A stretch of 64,000 nt of DNA from positions 25,000-88,999 of the forward strand of contig CAVRTX010000004.1 of NCBI GenBank assembly GCA_963724225.1, read 5' to 3'. Both the position numbers and the translations under genes were made by a program. Below, piece by piece: positions 50,509 to 59,862 of this stretch; position 1 is the stretch's first letter, and each line of letters opens with the position of its first letter. This DNA comes from an uncultured Actinomycetota bacterium. GTDB taxonomy: Bacteria; Actinomycetota; Actinomycetes; Propionibacteriales; Nocardioidaceae. Below the pieces are notes generated by a model. The model was given only the letters and a program-made list of their open reading frames with translations, did no database searches and was not told where the DNA came from.

Positions 50509-50682
50509 TCAGGAGCCACCGCCGCCCGCCTTGCGGCGGTGCACCTTGGGTGCGGCGCCACCGTCGACCTCGGGACCGTGGGCCTTCTCGTGCAGCGGCT
50601 GGTCCTGGTCGACCCCCTTCGACTTCGACGCCTTCCGCTCGAGTGCCTCGCGCATCTTCGACTTCAGGTCCTCGTTGGCCAC
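50509..50682 (-). CDS. DUF5302-like small protein
   Basis: DLKSKMREALERK...HRRKAGG. GGAGGAGG RBS. Confidence 0.75.
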   Translation of the reverse strand: MANEDLKSKMREALERKASKSKGVDQDQPLHEKAHGPEVDGGAAPKVHRRKAGGGGS

Positions 50683-50755
50683 GGTCGCCTCCTCCGAGTG
50701 GGGTTGGAGCGCCCACTGTGCCACCCGGCCCCGCCCGGGGTCGACCGGAAAGGCG

Positions 50756-51526
50756 TCAGTAGCCGAACACCTGGTAGTCGAGCCGGTAGGCCTCCTCGAC
50801 GATCGAGCGCAGCTCCCGGGAGGCGGAGTCGCGGGTGATGCCGCTGGGCTCGGAACGGTTGCGGCGCTCCGGCTCGCTCCACTGCAGCCCGAGCCGCTCG
50901 CACACGGCGCCGAAGTCGTCGGCGAAGGTCTCCATCCGCCCGACGAGGTCGATCTGGGTGAGGTCGAGGAGCCGGGTCTGTCGCACGATGTGGCGGTCGG
51001 TCGTGGCGAGGTCGTCGAGCTCCTGGGCGGCGACCCAGCCGGCGAAGTTCTCGATGGTCTGCATCCGCTCGCGCCTGTCAGGGGAGAAGCGGAAGTGGTT
51101 GTTGTCGCAGACCTTGTTCTGCCACGCCGAGATGAACCGGTCCAGCGGGTGCCGCACGAAGCCGAACTTGAAGTAGTCGGCGAAGGCCGCCGTCGGGTAG
51201 GGCACCTCCGAGAGCACCATCAGCCCGTCGGGGTACTGCTCGTCGAGGAAGCCCTGGATGGTGCGGGTCGCGACCTTGGCGTTGCGGAACCAGACCCAGC
51301 GGTCGGCGTCGCTGATCGTCAGGTTGTGGACGCGGGACGAGAGGGCCCCGGCCTCGCGGTGCAGCTCCTGCCGTCGCTCGAGCTCGGCCCTCGAGGCGCG
51401 CGTCAGCACCTTCGGGTGCCCCGAAGGTGACTCGAGCACAGTTTCGGTCGCGGGGGCGCGTCTGGCCTCCGGGACCGGCCGCTGGGTGTCGGCGCGATTC
51501 CTCGCCACAGTCGGCGAATCTAACAC
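50756..51526 (-). CDS. Sulfotransferase family 2 (HNK-1/CHST-like) protein
   Basis: RNAKVATRT 5'-PSB, FVRHPLDRFISAW 3'-PB, DYQVFGY C-terminus. Start uncertain. Confidence 0.85.
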   Translation of the reverse strand: MLDSPTVARNRADTQRPVPEARRAPATETVLESPSGHPKVLTRASRAELERRQELHREAGALSSRVHNLTISDADRWVWFRNAKVATRTIQGFLDEQYPDGLMVLSEVPYPTAAFADYFKFGFVRHPLDRFISAWQNKVCDNNHFRFSPDRRERMQTIENFAGWVAAQELDDLATTDRHIVRQTRLLDLTQIDLVGRMETFADDFGAVCERLGLQWSEPERRNRSEPSGITRDSASRELRSIVEEAYRLDYQVFGY

Positions 51527-51532
51527 CCCCGG

Positions 51533-52654
51533 TCAGCGGCGGCGCAGCCTCCGGGCGGCTCGCCCCGCCACGGCGCGTGCCCGGCGTACGGCCGCCGTGG
51601 CCCGGCTGGACCGGCCGTGGTCGACGCGACCTCCGCCGCCGGCTCCGGCACCTGCCCGGTGGGCCTGGCGCTGCTCCTTGAGCAGCGTCCGCCGACCGTG
51701 CCGGACACCCGCTCGTCGGGCGTCCTCGGCCGAGGACTGCGCGAGCGCCTCGGCGTCGGCGTACAGGTGGGTGTAGCGCGTCCGCACCTCGTCCAGCCGC
51801 TGCTGGGCGGCCTCGTCGAACCCGCCGCCGGTGGCCAGCACGCACAGCTGGTCCCACACGTCCTGGGCCATCTCCCGCACGTCGGCGGGGCAGTCGATGT
51901 CGTCCCAGCCGGTCCGCACGCGGCGCAGCCCGGGGTCCACGAAGTCGTCGACCTCGGCCGCGGTCGCGTCGTCGATCTCGCGACCGGTGCGGAGGTCGAG
52001 CTCGGCGCCGACCCGCGCCACGACGGCGCGCCAGTCGTCGAGCAGGTCGTTGTAGAGGACGAAGCTGCGCCGGGTGTCGCGGGTGACGACCTCCGTGAAC
52101 AGGGCGACGTTGAGCCAGCTCGCGACCCGCGTCGTCTGGGCGTGGCGCGGGGTCTCCCCGGCACTCGTGCCCTTGTAGTACTTGTCCTTGCTGCCCACGA
52201 CCTCGGCGGGGTGCCGCAGCATGGTCAGGAACGCCGCCTGCGCGCCGGCGTCGGCCGAGGCGCGCTGCCACAGCGGGAGGAACCAGCTGTTGCGGGGGTC
52301 CTTGACCACGAGGTCGCGACCGCCCGCGAGGTGCTCTCGGAGCCAGTCGGCCACCTCGGCGCGTACCTCGTCGTCGTCGGCGACCGCCGCGGCGAGGTCG
52401 AAGGCCGCGGGCCGGGCGTCGGTGAGGAACACCGAGGACCGGCGCAGCAGCCGGGTCTGGACGTCGACCACCCACCGGGGCTCGAAGAAGCCGCGGGGGT
52501 TGGTCCGGTTGCCGGGCACCTCCGGGGGCGGGATCACCAGGCCGACGGTCTTGAGGACGCCGGCGATGGTGCTCGTGCCGCTGCGGCCCGAGCCGGCGAC
52601 CACCACCACGCGGGGCGTGCTCGTCGACGGTCCAGAGCCGTCGGTGGTCGTCAT
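51533..52654 (-). CDS. Sulfotransferase family protein
   Basis: VAGSGRSGTS, NPRGFFE, VKDPR, RHPAEVVGS. Confidence 0.87.
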   Translation of the reverse strand: MTTTDGSGPSTSTPRVVVVAGSGRSGTSTIAGVLKTVGLVIPPPEVPGNRTNPRGFFEPRWVVDVQTRLLRRSSVFLTDARPAAFDLAAAVADDDEVRAEVADWLREHLAGGRDLVVKDPRNSWFLPLWQRASADAGAQAAFLTMLRHPAEVVGSKDKYYKGTSAGETPRHAQTTRVASWLNVALFTEVVTRDTRRSFVLYNDLLDDWRAVVARVGAELDLRTGREIDDATAAEVDDFVDPGLRRVRTGWDDIDCPADVREMAQDVWDQLCVLATGGGFDEAAQQRLDEVRTRYTHLYADAEALAQSSAEDARRAGVRHGRRTLLKEQRQAHRAGAGAGGGGRVDHGRSSRATAAVRRARAVAGRAARRLRRR

Positions 52655-52764
52655 CAGAGGTCGCCTTCCGGTCGGTGGGACACCCGCGCGCGACCCCCGG
52701 GAGGGGCCGGGCGCACCCGCAGCGCACACCCTAGACTGAGCCCGTCCCGAGTGAGGAGCCCCGT

Positions 52765-53901
52765 TTGGCTGAGCGCGTCTTCGTGCACGTCGGCACCCCG
52801 AAGTCCGGCACCACCTACCTGCAGGCCGGGCTGTGGGCACAGCGGGAGGAGCTGGCGGCGCAGGGGCTGCTGTTCCCGGGACGGACCCCCTTCGACCACA
52901 ACCGAGCGTCCATCCTGGTGCGCAAGGGCCGCCACCTCGAGGGAGCCGGCGGACGCGGTGCCCGGGGCCGCAAGCTCAAGGTCTGGACCCGGTTCTGCCG
53001 CCAGGCGGAGAGCTTCGACGGCACCGTCGTCCTCAGCAACGAGTGGTACCTCGCAGCCGACCGGGAGCAGGCGGAGGCCGCCGTCGAGCAGCTCGGCGGC
53101 GACCGGGTCCACGTCGTCGTGACCACCCGCAACCTGGTACGGCTCGTCCCCGCCGCGTGGCAGGAGAGCCTCAAGGTGGGCCGCGGCACCAGCCTCGGCG
53201 ACTTCGTCGCCGGTCTCGACGACCCCGGCAACAAGTGGACGTGGGACGTCGTCGACGCCGACCTCGTCGCACGCCGCTGGGCCGACGTCGTCGGCGCCGA
53301 CCGGGTCCACGTGATCACGATGCCGGAGGCGCCCGCGAGCTCCTCGCAGCTGTGGGACCGGTTCTGCGAGACGGTCGGCCTGGCCGCGGGCGCCGTCGGC
53401 GTCCCGCCGCGGCAGGCCAACGAGTCGCTGTCGGTCCAGGCGGCCCGGCTGCTGCAGGAGTTCGGCCCGGCGCTGCGCGCGGAGATCGACCAGCACGACC
53501 GGGCCGTGCGCAGCCACTCCCGGTGGCTGCGCGGCGCGGTGGTCCGGCAGGTGCTCACCGGGGTGCCAGGCGACCCGATCGGGGTCGGTCCGGAGCTCCG
53601 GGACGCGCTCGCCGAGCGGAGCGCCCGCACCGCGGCCGGCCTGCGCGACCTCGGCTCCCCGGTGACCGGTGACCTCGACGACCTGCTCGGCGGCAGCGAC
53701 CGCGAGGGCGCCCGCCACCCCGACGACGTCACCGAGGCCGAGCTGCTCGCCGCGAGCCGGGAGCTGGCCGTCGGCCTGCTGGCGGCGCGGATGCGCCGCA
53801 GCGCCGCCCCCGGCGAGGACCCGGACGACGAGGACGTCGTCGACCCGGACCGGGACGACGAGGACGACGAGGACGACACCGACGACGTGAGGCAGCCGTG
53901 A
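52765..53901 (+). CDS. Sulfotransferase-fold protein, paralog 2 (acidic tail)
   Basis: FVHVGTPKSGTT, SNE, PAAWQESLK, NESLS, GDLDDL. Confidence 0.8.
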   Translation: MAERVFVHVGTPKSGTTYLQAGLWAQREELAAQGLLFPGRTPFDHNRASILVRKGRHLEGAGGRGARGRKLKVWTRFCRQAESFDGTVVLSNEWYLAADREQAEAAVEQLGGDRVHVVVTTRNLVRLVPAAWQESLKVGRGTSLGDFVAGLDDPGNKWTWDVVDADLVARRWADVVGADRVHVITMPEAPASSSQLWDRFCETVGLAAGAVGVPPRQANESLSVQAARLLQEFGPALRAEIDQHDRAVRSHSRWLRGAVVRQVLTGVPGDPIGVGPELRDALAERSARTAAGLRDLGSPVTGDLDDLLGGSDREGARHPDDVTEAELLAASRELAVGLLAARMRRSAAPGEDPDDEDVVDPDRDDEDDEDDTDDVRQP

Positions 53902-55187
53902 CCCCCTCCCGCACCCCCGGCGGTCCCGCACGCCGGCTGCTCTCCCGCCTGGGCGGCGCCCGCGACGACGGGTCGACCACCACCCGGTGGACGTTCATGG
54001 TCCCCTCGGCGTACGCCGCCGGCGGGATCGCGCGCACCGTGTTCACGACCGCCAACTCCCTGGTCGCCCGAGGCCACGAGGTGCGGATCCTCACCCTCAA
54101 CCGCACCTCGGCCGAGCCCAAGTTCGACCTCGACCCCGCGGTCGGGCTGGTCGCGATGCAGGACCGCTACGACCCCGAGCACCCCGACCAGCCGCGGCGG
54201 CTCCCCCGGGACGAGCGGCCCGGCCCCGAGGTCCGCGAGCTGCTGTCGCGGCCCTCCGACCTGGTGGCCGGCGGCCAGGCGCGCAAGACCTTCTCCGCCT
54301 ACGTCGACGACCGGCTGCGCCACCACCTCTCGACGGCACCCGCCGGCGTCGTGGTCAGCACCCGGCCGGAGTTCGCCGTCGCCGCCAGCCGCTGGTCGGC
54401 ACCCGGCTCGGTGCTGCTCCACCAGGAGCACCTCTCGTTCCTGCCCCGCCCGGAGCCGCTGCGGGCGGCGCTGCGCGACCTGGCCCGCGGCGCCGGCGGC
54501 GCCCGCCCGATCGACGCGCTGCTGACGCTGACCGAGGCCGACGACGAGCGGTGGCGCGACTACCTCGGCGACGCCGACGTCCGTACCGGCGTGATCCCCA
54601 ACCCGACGCCGTTCGTGGTCGGCGACCCCGCGCCGCTGACCACGCCGGTGGTGATCGCGGCCGGCCGGCTGACCTCGCAGAAGGGCTTCGAGCGGCTGGT
54701 CGAGGCGTACGTCCCGCTCGCCCGGAGCCACCCCGACTGGCAGCTGCGGGTCTTCGGCGACGGCCAGCACTGGGACCGCCTCAACGCCCAGGTCGCGCGC
54801 GCGGACGTCGGCGACCGGATCCTGCTCGGCGGTGTCACCCGCGAGCTCGAGAGCGAGCTGGCCAACTCCTCGATCTACGCGATGTCCTCGCGCTACGAGG
54901 GGCTGCCGATGGTGCTGCTCGAGGCGCTCAGCAAGGGGGTGCCGCCGGTGTCCTACGACATCCCGGAGGGGCCGCGGCAGCTGATCGACCACGGCCGCAA
55001 CGGGCTGCTCGTGCCGGAGGGCGACATCGCCGGTCTGACCGAAGCGCTGCGCACGCTGATGGACGACGAGGGGCTCCGGCGACGTCTCGGCGCCGAGGCG
55101 CTGGAGACCGCCCGGGCCTACGAGGCCGGGGCGATCGCGGAGCGCTGGGTCGCGCTGGCCGAGGACATCGTGGCCGCCCGCGGCTGA
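53898..55187 (+). CDS. GT4 (group 1) glycosyltransferase
   Basis: GGIARTV, AGRLTSQKGF, SRYEGLPMVLLEA. Confidence 0.93.
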   Translation: MTPSRTPGGPARRLLSRLGGARDDGSTTTRWTFMVPSAYAAGGIARTVFTTANSLVARGHEVRILTLNRTSAEPKFDLDPAVGLVAMQDRYDPEHPDQPRRLPRDERPGPEVRELLSRPSDLVAGGQARKTFSAYVDDRLRHHLSTAPAGVVVSTRPEFAVAASRWSAPGSVLLHQEHLSFLPRPEPLRAALRDLARGAGGARPIDALLTLTEADDERWRDYLGDADVRTGVIPNPTPFVVGDPAPLTTPVVIAAGRLTSQKGFERLVEAYVPLARSHPDWQLRVFGDGQHWDRLNAQVARADVGDRILLGGVTRELESELANSSIYAMSSRYEGLPMVLLEALSKGVPPVSYDIPEGPRQLIDHGRNGLLVPEGDIAGLTEALRTLMDDEGLRRRLGAEALETARAYEAGAIAERWVALAEDIVAARG

Positions 55188-55194
55188 GGTCGCG

Positions 55195-56241
55195 TCAGTC
55201 CTGCGCGGGCTTCTGCTCCGGCTGGTCGCGGAGCACCAGCGGCGCCAGCACCTCCAGCGCCCGGTCGAGCAGCTGCTCGGCGGTCACCTCGTCCGGCGCC
55301 GTGGTGTCGTCGCGGAACGCCGGCGCGAGGTCGGCCAGGTCGCCCTGGACCGTGAACCCACCCGTGCGCAGCGCCTCGACCACGGTGGCCGAGATCTCCT
55401 CGGTGGCGGGCCGGAACCGCTCCGGGACTCCCAGCGAGCCGCCGGCCTTGTGGTTGACCAGCCGCCGCTGCGCCAGCCGGCGCTTGACCTGGCGGGCGAA
55501 CGTCGGCCACGGCACGTCGTCGGGCAGCCGCTCGACCACCCGCCGCAGCAGCTCGGTCTCCACCGTCCCCATCGACGGGTTGCGCGGGGTGTCGGGGACG
55601 GCGTAGTCGGCGTCGGGCAACCCGGTGGCGGCCCGGAAGCGCTGCCACAGCACGTCGTGGTCGGCCCCCGACGGGGGCACGGTGACGAAGTGCACGTTGC
55701 CGGGGCCGACCTGGGCCGCCCACCGCTCCCCCATGCCCGCAAGGTCCTGGCCGCGCCACATCCCGGTGCCGGTGCCGACGCCCTTCCACTCCCCCAGCGT
55801 CGCCTCGAGGAAGGCGGCGTACGTCGCGGTGTCGCCGTTCTTGACCCCCTCCTGCCAGACGGCGGGCAGCTGCCGGCCGAGGTCGCGGCAGGTGATCACG
55901 ACGTGGACGTCGCGACCCTCGAAGGACTTCGCGGCCCGCTTGACGACCTTGCGGGTGGAGCCGCCGATGACCTCGTGGGAGAGCATGGCCGGGCCGTCGT
56001 GGGCCAGCACCTGCCCGACCACCCGGTCCCACGCCCCCTCGGACCCCTCGAACCGGTGGCCGCGGAACCCGGAGTCACGCAGGTCCAGCGCCTCGATGAA
56101 GTGGCCCGGCTTCTTGCCCGGGTAGAGGTAGCCGTGCTCGCGCAGCAGGCCGCGGTTGCGGGCCAGGATGTTCTGCAGCGACGTCGTGCCGCTCTTGGGG
56201 GTCCCCACGTGCAGCGTGACGACGTGGCGCTCACCCATCAT
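55195..56241 (-). CDS. Sulfotransferase-fold protein, paralog 3
   Basis: LHVGTPKSGTT, SHE, PAVWQEGVK, NPSMG, GDLADL. Confidence 0.8.
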   Translation of the reverse strand: MMGERHVVTLHVGTPKSGTTSLQNILARNRGLLREHGYLYPGKKPGHFIEALDLRDSGFRGHRFEGSEGAWDRVVGQVLAHDGPAMLSHEVIGGSTRKVVKRAAKSFEGRDVHVVITCRDLGRQLPAVWQEGVKNGDTATYAAFLEATLGEWKGVGTGTGMWRGQDLAGMGERWAAQVGPGNVHFVTVPPSGADHDVLWQRFRAATGLPDADYAVPDTPRNPSMGTVETELLRRVVERLPDDVPWPTFARQVKRRLAQRRLVNHKAGGSLGVPERFRPATEEISATVVEALRTGGFTVQGDLADLAPAFRDDTTAPDEVTAEQLLDRALEVLAPLVLRDQPEQKPAQD

Positions 56242-56251
56242 GGGCGGCACG

Positions 56252-57370
56252 CTACCCGGCCGCGCCGGGCCGGCCGCGCCGGGCTCGTGGGCCGCCCCGA
56301 CGCGTACCGAAGCGGCGCGCGAGGCGACGACCCAGCTGCCCGGCCAGCTCGTCCAGCGTGCCCGACGGCAGCTCCTGCCGCGGCAGGGTGGCCCGCCAGG
56401 CCGCCTCGAGCGCCCGGCGTACCTGCGCCTCGTCGGGGCCGGCGATCGAGTCCGGTGCCGACGCCGGCGGGTCGACCGGCAGCTCCTCCAGACCACCGAC
56501 GACCCGGACGCCGTGCGTGGTGATCGCGTCGACGAGCTCCCGGTTGAGGTCACCCGCCAGGGCCAGCGCGGAGGCGTCGAGCACCGGCCGGCCCTCCTCG
56601 GGGCGCAACGGAAGCAGCGCGGTCAGCAGCTGCTTGCGCACCCGGTTGTGGCCGACCTTGGGGAGGTCGCCGAAGTGGGCGTTGAGCCGGCGCAGCGCGT
56701 CGCAGGAGGCATAGCCCAGCGACTCGTTGGCCGGTACGGCGGCCGCCGGCGGGTCGTGCGCCTCCAGGCCTGCCGCGTCGCAGAACCGTCGCCACAGCTC
56801 GGCCGGCTCCGAGCCCGAGGGCGGGACCACCACGACCGTCACCGCGGTGATCCCCTCGTGGCCTGTCCACCGCCGCAGGATCCCCGGCACGTCCTGCGCC
56901 CGGCGGAAGCTCTTGGCCGCCTTGGACCGGCGCCGCCGCCGGCCCGGTGCCCGCAGCCGCCGGACGTACGTGGCGAGGTCGTCGGTGCCCCGGTTGCGGG
57001 TGAAGCTCTGCCACTGGGCGGCGATCGCGCTGCGCTGGTCACGCACCGTCAGCACCACCTCGACCGGGATCCCGCCGAAGGACTCCACGATCTGCTGCAC
57101 CCGCGCGCCGCGCGCGAAGCTCAGGAACTCCTGGGAGAACACCGCCACGCCCGGGCGCTCGCGCGCCTCGGCCGCCAGCTCCTCCCACGCGCGCGGCTGT
57201 CGCCGCTCGACCGGGCGCAGCAGCCGGCGTACGGCCTGGGTCTGCACCCCGAACTTCTCGCCGGGGTAGAAGCCGCCCACCTCCTCCAGCGCGCCGCTGG
57301 TCAGCACGGACTGGAGGTAGGTGGTGCCGGACTTCATGGTCCCGACGTGCAGGACGACGCGGTCGGCCAC
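56252..57370 (-). CDS. Sulfotransferase-fold protein, paralog 4
   Basis: LHVGTMKSGTT, SQE, AQWQ, NESLG. Confidence 0.8.
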   Translation of the reverse strand: MADRVVLHVGTMKSGTTYLQSVLTSGALEEVGGFYPGEKFGVQTQAVRRLLRPVERRQPRAWEELAAEARERPGVAVFSQEFLSFARGARVQQIVESFGGIPVEVVLTVRDQRSAIAAQWQSFTRNRGTDDLATYVRRLRAPGRRRRRSKAAKSFRRAQDVPGILRRWTGHEGITAVTVVVVPPSGSEPAELWRRFCDAAGLEAHDPPAAAVPANESLGYASCDALRRLNAHFGDLPKVGHNRVRKQLLTALLPLRPEEGRPVLDASALALAGDLNRELVDAITTHGVRVVGGLEELPVDPPASAPDSIAGPDEAQVRRALEAAWRATLPRQELPSGTLDELAGQLGRRLARRFGTRRGGPRARRGRPGAAG

Positions 57371-57371
57371 G

Positions 57372-58565
57372 TCAGCGCAGCCCGTAGTCCTCGAGCAGGC
57401 GGCGGCCGATGATCATCTTCTGGATGTCGGAGGTGCCCTCGCCGATCAGCATGAACGCGGACTCGCGGTAGAGCCGCTCGATCTCGTACTCCTTGGAGTA
57501 GCCGTAGCCGCCGTGGATCCGGAACGACGCCTCGACCACCTCGTTGCAGTACTCCGACGCCAGCAGCTTGGCCATGCCGGCCTCGACGTCGTTGCGCTCG
57601 CCGGCGTCCTTCATGCGGGCGGCGCGGACCATCATCGCGTGCGCGGTCTCGACCTTGGTCGCCATCTCCGCGAGCCGGAACAGGATCGCCTGGTGCTGCG
57701 CGATCGGCTTGCCGAAGGTCTCCCGCTGCTGCGCGTACGCGATGCCGAGCTCGAAGGCCCGGTTGGCGATCCCGCAGGCGCGGGCGGCGACGTTGACGCG
57801 GCCGACCTCGACGCCGTCCATCATCTGGTAGAAACCCTGGCCGGGAGCCTCGCCGAGCACCTGGTCGGCGCCGAGCCGGTGGCCCTCGAGCACCATCTCG
57901 GTGGTGTCGACGCCCTTGTAGCCCATCTTGTCGAGCTTGCCGGGGATGGTGACCCCCGGCGCGACCTCGCCGAAGCCGGGCTCCTTCTCGACCAGGAACG
58001 TCGTCATGTTCTTGTAGACCGAGTCCGCGCCCTCGTCGGTCTTCGCGAGGACCGCGACCAGGGTGGAGGTGCCGCCGTTGGTCAGCCACATCTTCTGGCC
58101 GGTGACCTCGTAGCCGTCGTCGGTGCGGGTCCCCTTGGTCTTCACCGCGGCCACGTCGGAGCCGAGGCCGGGCTCGGACATCGAGAACGCCCCCCGGACC
58201 TCGCCGGTCGCCATCCGTGGCAGGTACTTCTGCTTCTGCTCCTCGGTGCCGTGGCGCATCAGCATGTAGGCCACGATGAAGTGGGTGTTGATGACACCGG
58301 AGACGCTCATCCAGCCGCGCGCGATCTCCTCCACGCACAGGGCGTACGTCAGCAGCGACTCGCCGAGGCCGTCGTACTCCTCGGGGATCATCAGCCCGAA
58401 GATGCCGAGCTCCTTGAGGCCCTCGACGATCTCGGTGGGGTACTCGTCGGCGTGCTCGAGCTCGGTCGCCACCGGGAGGATCTTCTCCTCGACGAAGGTC
58501 CTCACGGCCTTCAGGATCTCCTGCTGGTCCTCGGTGAGGCCCTCGGTCTGGCACAGCCGACCCAT
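57372..58565 (-). CDS. Acyl-CoA dehydrogenase (methylsuccinyl-CoA dehydrogenase-like)
   Basis: SMSEPGLGSDV, GQKMWLTNG, IHGGYGYSKEYEIERLYRE, IGEGTSDIQ. Confidence 0.93.
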   Translation of the reverse strand: MGRLCQTEGLTEDQQEILKAVRTFVEEKILPVATELEHADEYPTEIVEGLKELGIFGLMIPEEYDGLGESLLTYALCVEEIARGWMSVSGVINTHFIVAYMLMRHGTEEQKQKYLPRMATGEVRGAFSMSEPGLGSDVAAVKTKGTRTDDGYEVTGQKMWLTNGGTSTLVAVLAKTDEGADSVYKNMTTFLVEKEPGFGEVAPGVTIPGKLDKMGYKGVDTTEMVLEGHRLGADQVLGEAPGQGFYQMMDGVEVGRVNVAARACGIANRAFELGIAYAQQRETFGKPIAQHQAILFRLAEMATKVETAHAMMVRAARMKDAGERNDVEAGMAKLLASEYCNEVVEASFRIHGGYGYSKEYEIERLYRESAFMLIGEGTSDIQKMIIGRRLLEDYGLR

Positions 58566-58698
58566 GCGCTGACTCCCTTCGTCGGATCGTCGAGCAGCCT
58601 ACCGGCGGCAGCGGCCCGCAACGGCCGCCCGGATGTGAGACTGCGCACGCCCGGACCCGGTGTTTGCCTCGGGTCGGGTCTGTCGCGAGGATCGGCGG

Positions 58699-59853
58699 GT
58701 GAGCGACCGGTCGAAGACAGTGTTCCTGCACGTCGGGTGCCGCAAGTCCGGGACCTCCGCCCTCCAGCGCGCGCTCCGCACCGCCCGGGACGACCTGCGC
58801 GCCGCGGGGGTGGAGCAGCCGCTCGTGGGCCGCGGCCAGGTGCTGCGGGGCCTCGACGCCGACCCGGTGCGCGCCGAGCGCGTGCTGCAGCGGCTCGCCA
58901 CCTGGATCCGGGACAGCCCCCACCCCCGGCAGCTGGTCTCGCTCGAGGCGCTGGCCGAGTGGCCCGCCGAGGCCACCTCGCTCTTCACGGCCGCGCTGGC
59001 CGGGTTCGACACCCGGCTCGTGGTCACGGCGCGGCCCTGGGCGGTGACGATCCCGAGCGAGTGGCAGCAGCGGGTGAAGGCCCGCTACACCGGAACGTAC
59101 GACGAGTTCGTCGCCGCCGTGCTCGGCCCGGAGCCCGCCGAGGGACCGATGGCCGGCGAGGTGTCCGGCTTCCGCCGGCGGCAGGACCTGGCCGACGTCG
59201 TGCACCGCTGGCGCGCGGGCGCGCCCGACCTGCCGGTCCACGTGCTCCTGGTGCCGACCGACCCGGAGGCGCAGCCCGGGCTGCTCGACCTGTTCTGCGG
59301 TGCCACCGGCACCGACCGCACGCTCCTGACGCTGTCCGAGCGCGGTCGCAACGAGGCGCTGCGCCACGAGGACGCGGAGGCGCTGCGCCTGGTCAACCTG
59401 GCCCTCGGCGACCGGCTCGCGGACCCGCGCGGCGACTACCGCCACAGCGTCCGGCAGTGGATCGCGGTGGACACCATGACCGGCCGCTCGACCGGGACCC
59501 GGATCCGGCTCCCCGCCTGCTGGGAGGAGCCCGCCTCCGCCGAGGCCGCCCGCCAGCTCGACGTCCTGCGCGCCGCCGGCTGCGAGGTGTCGGGGGACCC
59601 GGAGCGCTTCGTCCACCCGGAGCTCCCGGGCGAGGACTTCGTGCCGGCCACGGACGCCGCGGTCGCCGGGGCGGCGGCCGCCGCCCTGGCCGAGCTGGCG
59701 ACGCGGCACGCCCAGGGGCGCGGGCACCCGCGGCCACGCAGCGAGGTGGGTGGCCGGTCGGACGCGCCGGCCGCCACGCAGGCACCCCGGCCGGCGGCGC
59801 CGGCCCGGCGGCTGTGGGGGGCGCTGCGACGGCGGGCCCGTACCCGGGCCTGA
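58699..59853 (+). CDS. Sulfotransferase-fold protein, paralog 5
   Basis: LHVGCRKSGTS, SLE, PSEWQQRVK, NEAL. Confidence 0.78.
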   Translation: MSDRSKTVFLHVGCRKSGTSALQRALRTARDDLRAAGVEQPLVGRGQVLRGLDADPVRAERVLQRLATWIRDSPHPRQLVSLEALAEWPAEATSLFTAALAGFDTRLVVTARPWAVTIPSEWQQRVKARYTGTYDEFVAAVLGPEPAEGPMAGEVSGFRRRQDLADVVHRWRAGAPDLPVHVLLVPTDPEAQPGLLDLFCGATGTDRTLLTLSERGRNEALRHEDAEALRLVNLALGDRLADPRGDYRHSVRQWIAVDTMTGRSTGTRIRLPACWEEPASAEAARQLDVLRAAGCEVSGDPERFVHPELPGEDFVPATDAAVAGAAAAALAELATRHAQGRGHPRPRSEVGGRSDAPAATQAPRPAAPARRLWGALRRRARTRA

Positions 59854-59862
59854 CCGCTCCGC

